A stretch of DNA of 64,000 nucleotides from a virus (lineage: Duplodnaviria; Heunggongvirae; Uroviricota; Caudoviricetes). Positions 61,826 to 64,000 of this stretch are shown here, piece after piece (the stretch's first letter is position 1; the number at the start of each line of letters is the position of its first letter). Under the pieces are notes generated by a model. It was not told the DNA's origin and made no database searches. It was given only the letters and a program-made list of their open reading frames with translations. Location of the stretch: positions 100,027-164,026 of the IMG/VR virus record IMGVR_UViG_3300043438_000976; one strand, written 5' to 3'. The position numbers were made by a program, and so were the translations under genes.

Positions 61826-62548
61826 TTAGTTCCAGTACTTTGACGAATCTAACCGGTCCCAATATTCTTGATTATTACGATTGATAAAGTTTTTAATGAG
61901 ATACCATCCCATTCCAAAATATCCCATCTTCTTAAACCTTCGACTATCTTGTCCAAAATAATGATTTAATATTTTGAATTTTTTAGGGCTATACTGCCTA
62001 GATAAAAAATAGTCCTCAGATGTTACTGTTTTTTCAGGAAACCCACCTAGTTCTTCAAAACGATCTCTACGAGTTAGCATAAATGCACCAATAGCAAACG
62101 GTGAGAAATATTTTAGAATATTGTTTATAACGTTAAAAAGTGTAAATCCGATCTTTGCTCGAATGTCTTGATCATAGCATTTGAGGTTTAGTCCGATAAG
62201 ATCTAAGTTCTTTGACTCTATTTCAGCAACAGCATCCCGGATAACCGTATCCTTAAAGAAACGTACATCAGCATCAATGAATAAAATATATGGAGTAGTA
62301 ACTAGCCGTGCTCCGTTGTTCTTGGCAGTAGAAACAGGGCCGCCTTCAATAACTTCAACATTGAGATTTCCCTTGGATACTTGAATAACTTCACGAGTGT
62401 TGTCCGTTGAACAATCTGCAATAATGATTCTGGTACTACCTATCATTTGATTACGTAAGTGCGTTAATAGATACGGAATGTAATTTTCCTCATTCTTACA
62501 AGGAATTACAATAGTAATTTTATCACTGAATTTCATTGTTTCTTGCAT
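61826..62548 (-). CDS. glycosyltransferase family 2
   Basis: ITIVIPCKNEE...DADV (DxD) GT-A motifs. Confidence 0.6.
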   Translation of the reverse strand: MQETMKFSDKITIVIPCKNEENYIPYLLTHLRNQMIGSTRIIIADCSTDNTREVIQVSKGNLNVEVIEGGPVSTAKNNGARLVTTPYILFIDADVRFFKDTVIRDAVAEIESKNLDLIGLNLKCYDQDIRAKIGFTLFNVINNILKYFSPFAIGAFMLTRRDRFEELGGFPEKTVTSEDYFLSRQYSPKKFKILNHYFGQDSRRFKKMGYFGMGWYLIKNFINRNNQEYWDRLDSSKYWN

Positions 62549-62569
62549 TCGCCTACTACCTTAAAATTT

Positions 62570-63454
62570 TCAAACTTTAGTTGATACGACATTGTCTTCA
62601 GGATCGATTCGCACGATGTCTGATCCGGAAACATTAATGTTATTCTTCCCGGGATGTCGTTTGGATTTTTTGAATGTATCGCTAACAATAACATTATCCA
62701 CATCATCTTTCTCCTTGGTCCAAGTAACTATTTCCCAACGTCCGTCCCAATGTTCTACAAGTGCTGTGCATGACTCGACCCAATCACCGTCATTCATGTA
62801 TGTGACACCGTTGATTTCTTTTATCTCTGCGTGATGTATGTGTCCGCAGATAACTCCGTCGAAGCCACGCTTCTTGCAATAGTTGGCCAAGTTCTCTTCA
62901 AATTTGAACACGAAGTCTACTGCTTTTTTAACCTTGTACTTAAGATACTGGCTAAGGCTAAAGTACCCAAAACCCATACGGCGACGAATCCAATTAAACT
63001 TATTGTTGAGTGTAAGAACAACGTCATAGGCTTTGTCTCCCAGGAATGCTATCCATGGTGCAAGACGGGTAATGCCGTCAAACAGATCTCCATGAGTGAC
63101 TAGATAGTGTTTGCCGTCTGCACCTATATGTTCTATTTGATTGTGTATTTCTACTAGACCAAAGTTGAAACCATAGGGTATCATTGGTCTTAAGAATTCA
63201 TCGTGATTGCCTGCTATGAATACAACACGGGTGCCACGCTTGGCGTGTCCTAGTACTCTGCGTACCACATTAGTGTGGCTCTGTTTCCAACGCCATTTGT
63301 TTTGTTGTATTTTCCAAGCGTCGATGATATCGCCTACAAGATATAGTGTATCACAACTATTATGCTTGAGAAAATTATTGAGCTGTTCCGCCTTACAGTC
63401 TTTTGTACCTAAATGGACATCACTCACAAAAATACTACGATAAGTTTTTTGCAT
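62570..63454 (-). CDS. LpxH-family calcineurin-like metallophosphoesterase (UDP-2,3-diacylglucosamine hydrolase-like)
   Basis: SDVHLG, LVGDIIDAW, GNHDEF, THGD, GHIHH metallophosphatase motifs colinear with LpxH. Confidence 0.6.
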   Translation of the reverse strand: MQKTYRSIFVSDVHLGTKDCKAEQLNNFLKHNSCDTLYLVGDIIDAWKIQQNKWRWKQSHTNVVRRVLGHAKRGTRVVFIAGNHDEFLRPMIPYGFNFGLVEIHNQIEHIGADGKHYLVTHGDLFDGITRLAPWIAFLGDKAYDVVLTLNNKFNWIRRRMGFGYFSLSQYLKYKVKKAVDFVFKFEENLANYCKKRGFDGVICGHIHHAEIKEINGVTYMNDGDWVESCTALVEHWDGRWEIVTWTKEKDDVDNVIVSDTFKKSKRHPGKNNINVSGSDIVRIDPEDNVVSTKV

Positions 63455-63518
63455 AGCAATATTTATCGTAGTATTATGTTTAAAAGATTACAGTTGTATT
63501 ACAATCTTAAATCCTTAC

Positions 63519-63665
63519 CAAAGTCCATTTGTGTGTAAACGGTTTGCCTTCGGCCTTGTGTTTCAAGATTTTGGCGAACTCTTTTAAACGAAGTTCGTAT
63601 TGTTTCTCGGCATCGTGGTCGACGCAAGCCCTGTACAGTTTAGCTACTAGCTTTCTCTGTTTCAT
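63519..63665 (-). CDS. small hypothetical protein (48 aa)
   Basis: strong AGGAGG SD before ATG at 63665; MKQRKLVAKLYRACVDHDAEKQYELRLKEF... Confidence 0.3.
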
Positions 63666-63702
63666 GGTTGTGTCCTCCTGACAAATATTTAGTCAAAAGA
63701 AA

Positions 63703-63735
63703 AGCACCCGAAGGTGCTTTCTGTTATTTTCTGTT
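63703..63735 (-). terminator. intrinsic terminator hairpin (aagcacc-cgaa-ggtgctt) with flanking U/A-rich runs
   Basis: 7-bp GC-rich stem, tetraloop; minus strand gives hairpin followed by UUUUCUUUUG, directly upstream of the SD of the 63665 gene. Confidence 0.5.
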
Positions 63736-63927
63736 ACGAGGTATAACTACCCTAAGCTGAGTTTAGGCAGCTAATGCGAACTGTGAGTCGTTTGCGGTTA
63801 CTTTGTTTTGCTTCTGCGACCGGGTCACCCCAATCCTAACGGCTTCTACATTGCCGGACTGTCCATTTCAATACTTGTGACCCAATCGATCCTGTGTCAG
63901 GCCCATTATAAAACACACTACTGAAAT

Positions 63928-64000
63928 TGAGTATGAAGGAATCGAACCTTCTTCCACGTTCCACGTACTCGATGCCCGTTTCAGTCAGGCTAATGTGTTT
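63928..64000 (-). tRNA. tRNA-like element (T-arm gaagg-aatcgaa-ccttc) truncated or degenerate at window end
   Basis: perfect T-arm; anticodon region is a direct repeat ccacgtt/ccacgta, not a hairpin. Confidence 0.2.

Noticed and set aside
29775-63443. Further embedded or antisense ORFs (29775..30089, 31394..31796, 33621..34218, 35141..35670, 36435..36931, 37285..38175, 38258..39340, 39648..41706, 41592..42113, 42970..44245, 44713..45176, 45330..45768, 46673..46960, 47426..47677, 47773..48096, 48637..48867, 49489..50280, 50744..51389, 52405..52629, 53350..53607, 53910..54161, 55958..56556, 56895..57107, 57403..57970, 58955..59164, 62181..63443)
   Set aside because: All lie inside and opposite (or out of frame with) stronger CDS calls; none has a recognisable domain or ribosome-binding site.
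1-64000. CRISPR arrays, integrase/transposase or other mobile-element signatures
   Set aside because: No direct-repeat/spacer periodicity, no att-like long direct repeats, and no integrase/transposase motifs were seen. The only repeats are the inter-tRNA hairpin family and the tandem promoters.

Overview
This 64 kb window is an AT-rich fragment of a large T4-like (Tevenvirinae-like) myovirus, probably infecting a Gram-negative host; an alphaproteobacterium is suggested by the phage-encoded ALAS. The T4-like call rests on an rIIA homologue of exactly 725 aa followed by rIIB, a DexA-like exonuclease, NadV/NatV NAD salvage genes and strong sigma70-consensus early promoters. Positions 1-8600 are a minus-strand array of about 40 hand-folded tRNAs covering all 20 amino acids. 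Five paralogous 2OG-Fe(II) oxygenase genes are interleaved in that array, together with repeated hairpin spacer elements, several aberrant or chimeric tRNA-like genes and consensus sigma70 promoters. Positions 9.4-16.3 kb are a plus-strand deoxysugar/glycosylation cluster (GT9-like, GT34-like, E1-type PLP dehydrase, split transketolase, FkbM methyltransferase, two SDR epimerase/dehydratases). The rest is mostly minus-strand auxiliary genes: AhpC/AhpD/SGNH, a CHASE2 adenylate cyclase, a carbamoyltransferase, a complete curli secretion/assembly module (CsgG, CsgF, curlin-repeat proteins, FecR-like), heme oxygenase plus two bilin reductases, FabF, ClpS, Hsp20, a split HldE-like heptose pathway, rIIB/rIIA, NadV, a macro domain protein, NatV, a five-gene tandem array of a novel small-protein family, a PBP-like peptidase, a radical SAM protein, ALAS (plus strand), DexA-like exonuclease, ClpX, AcpS, an outer-membrane beta-barrel protein, a GT2 and an LpxH-like phosphoesterase. 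All tRNA folds and protein calls were made by eye from the sequence; no searches were run.
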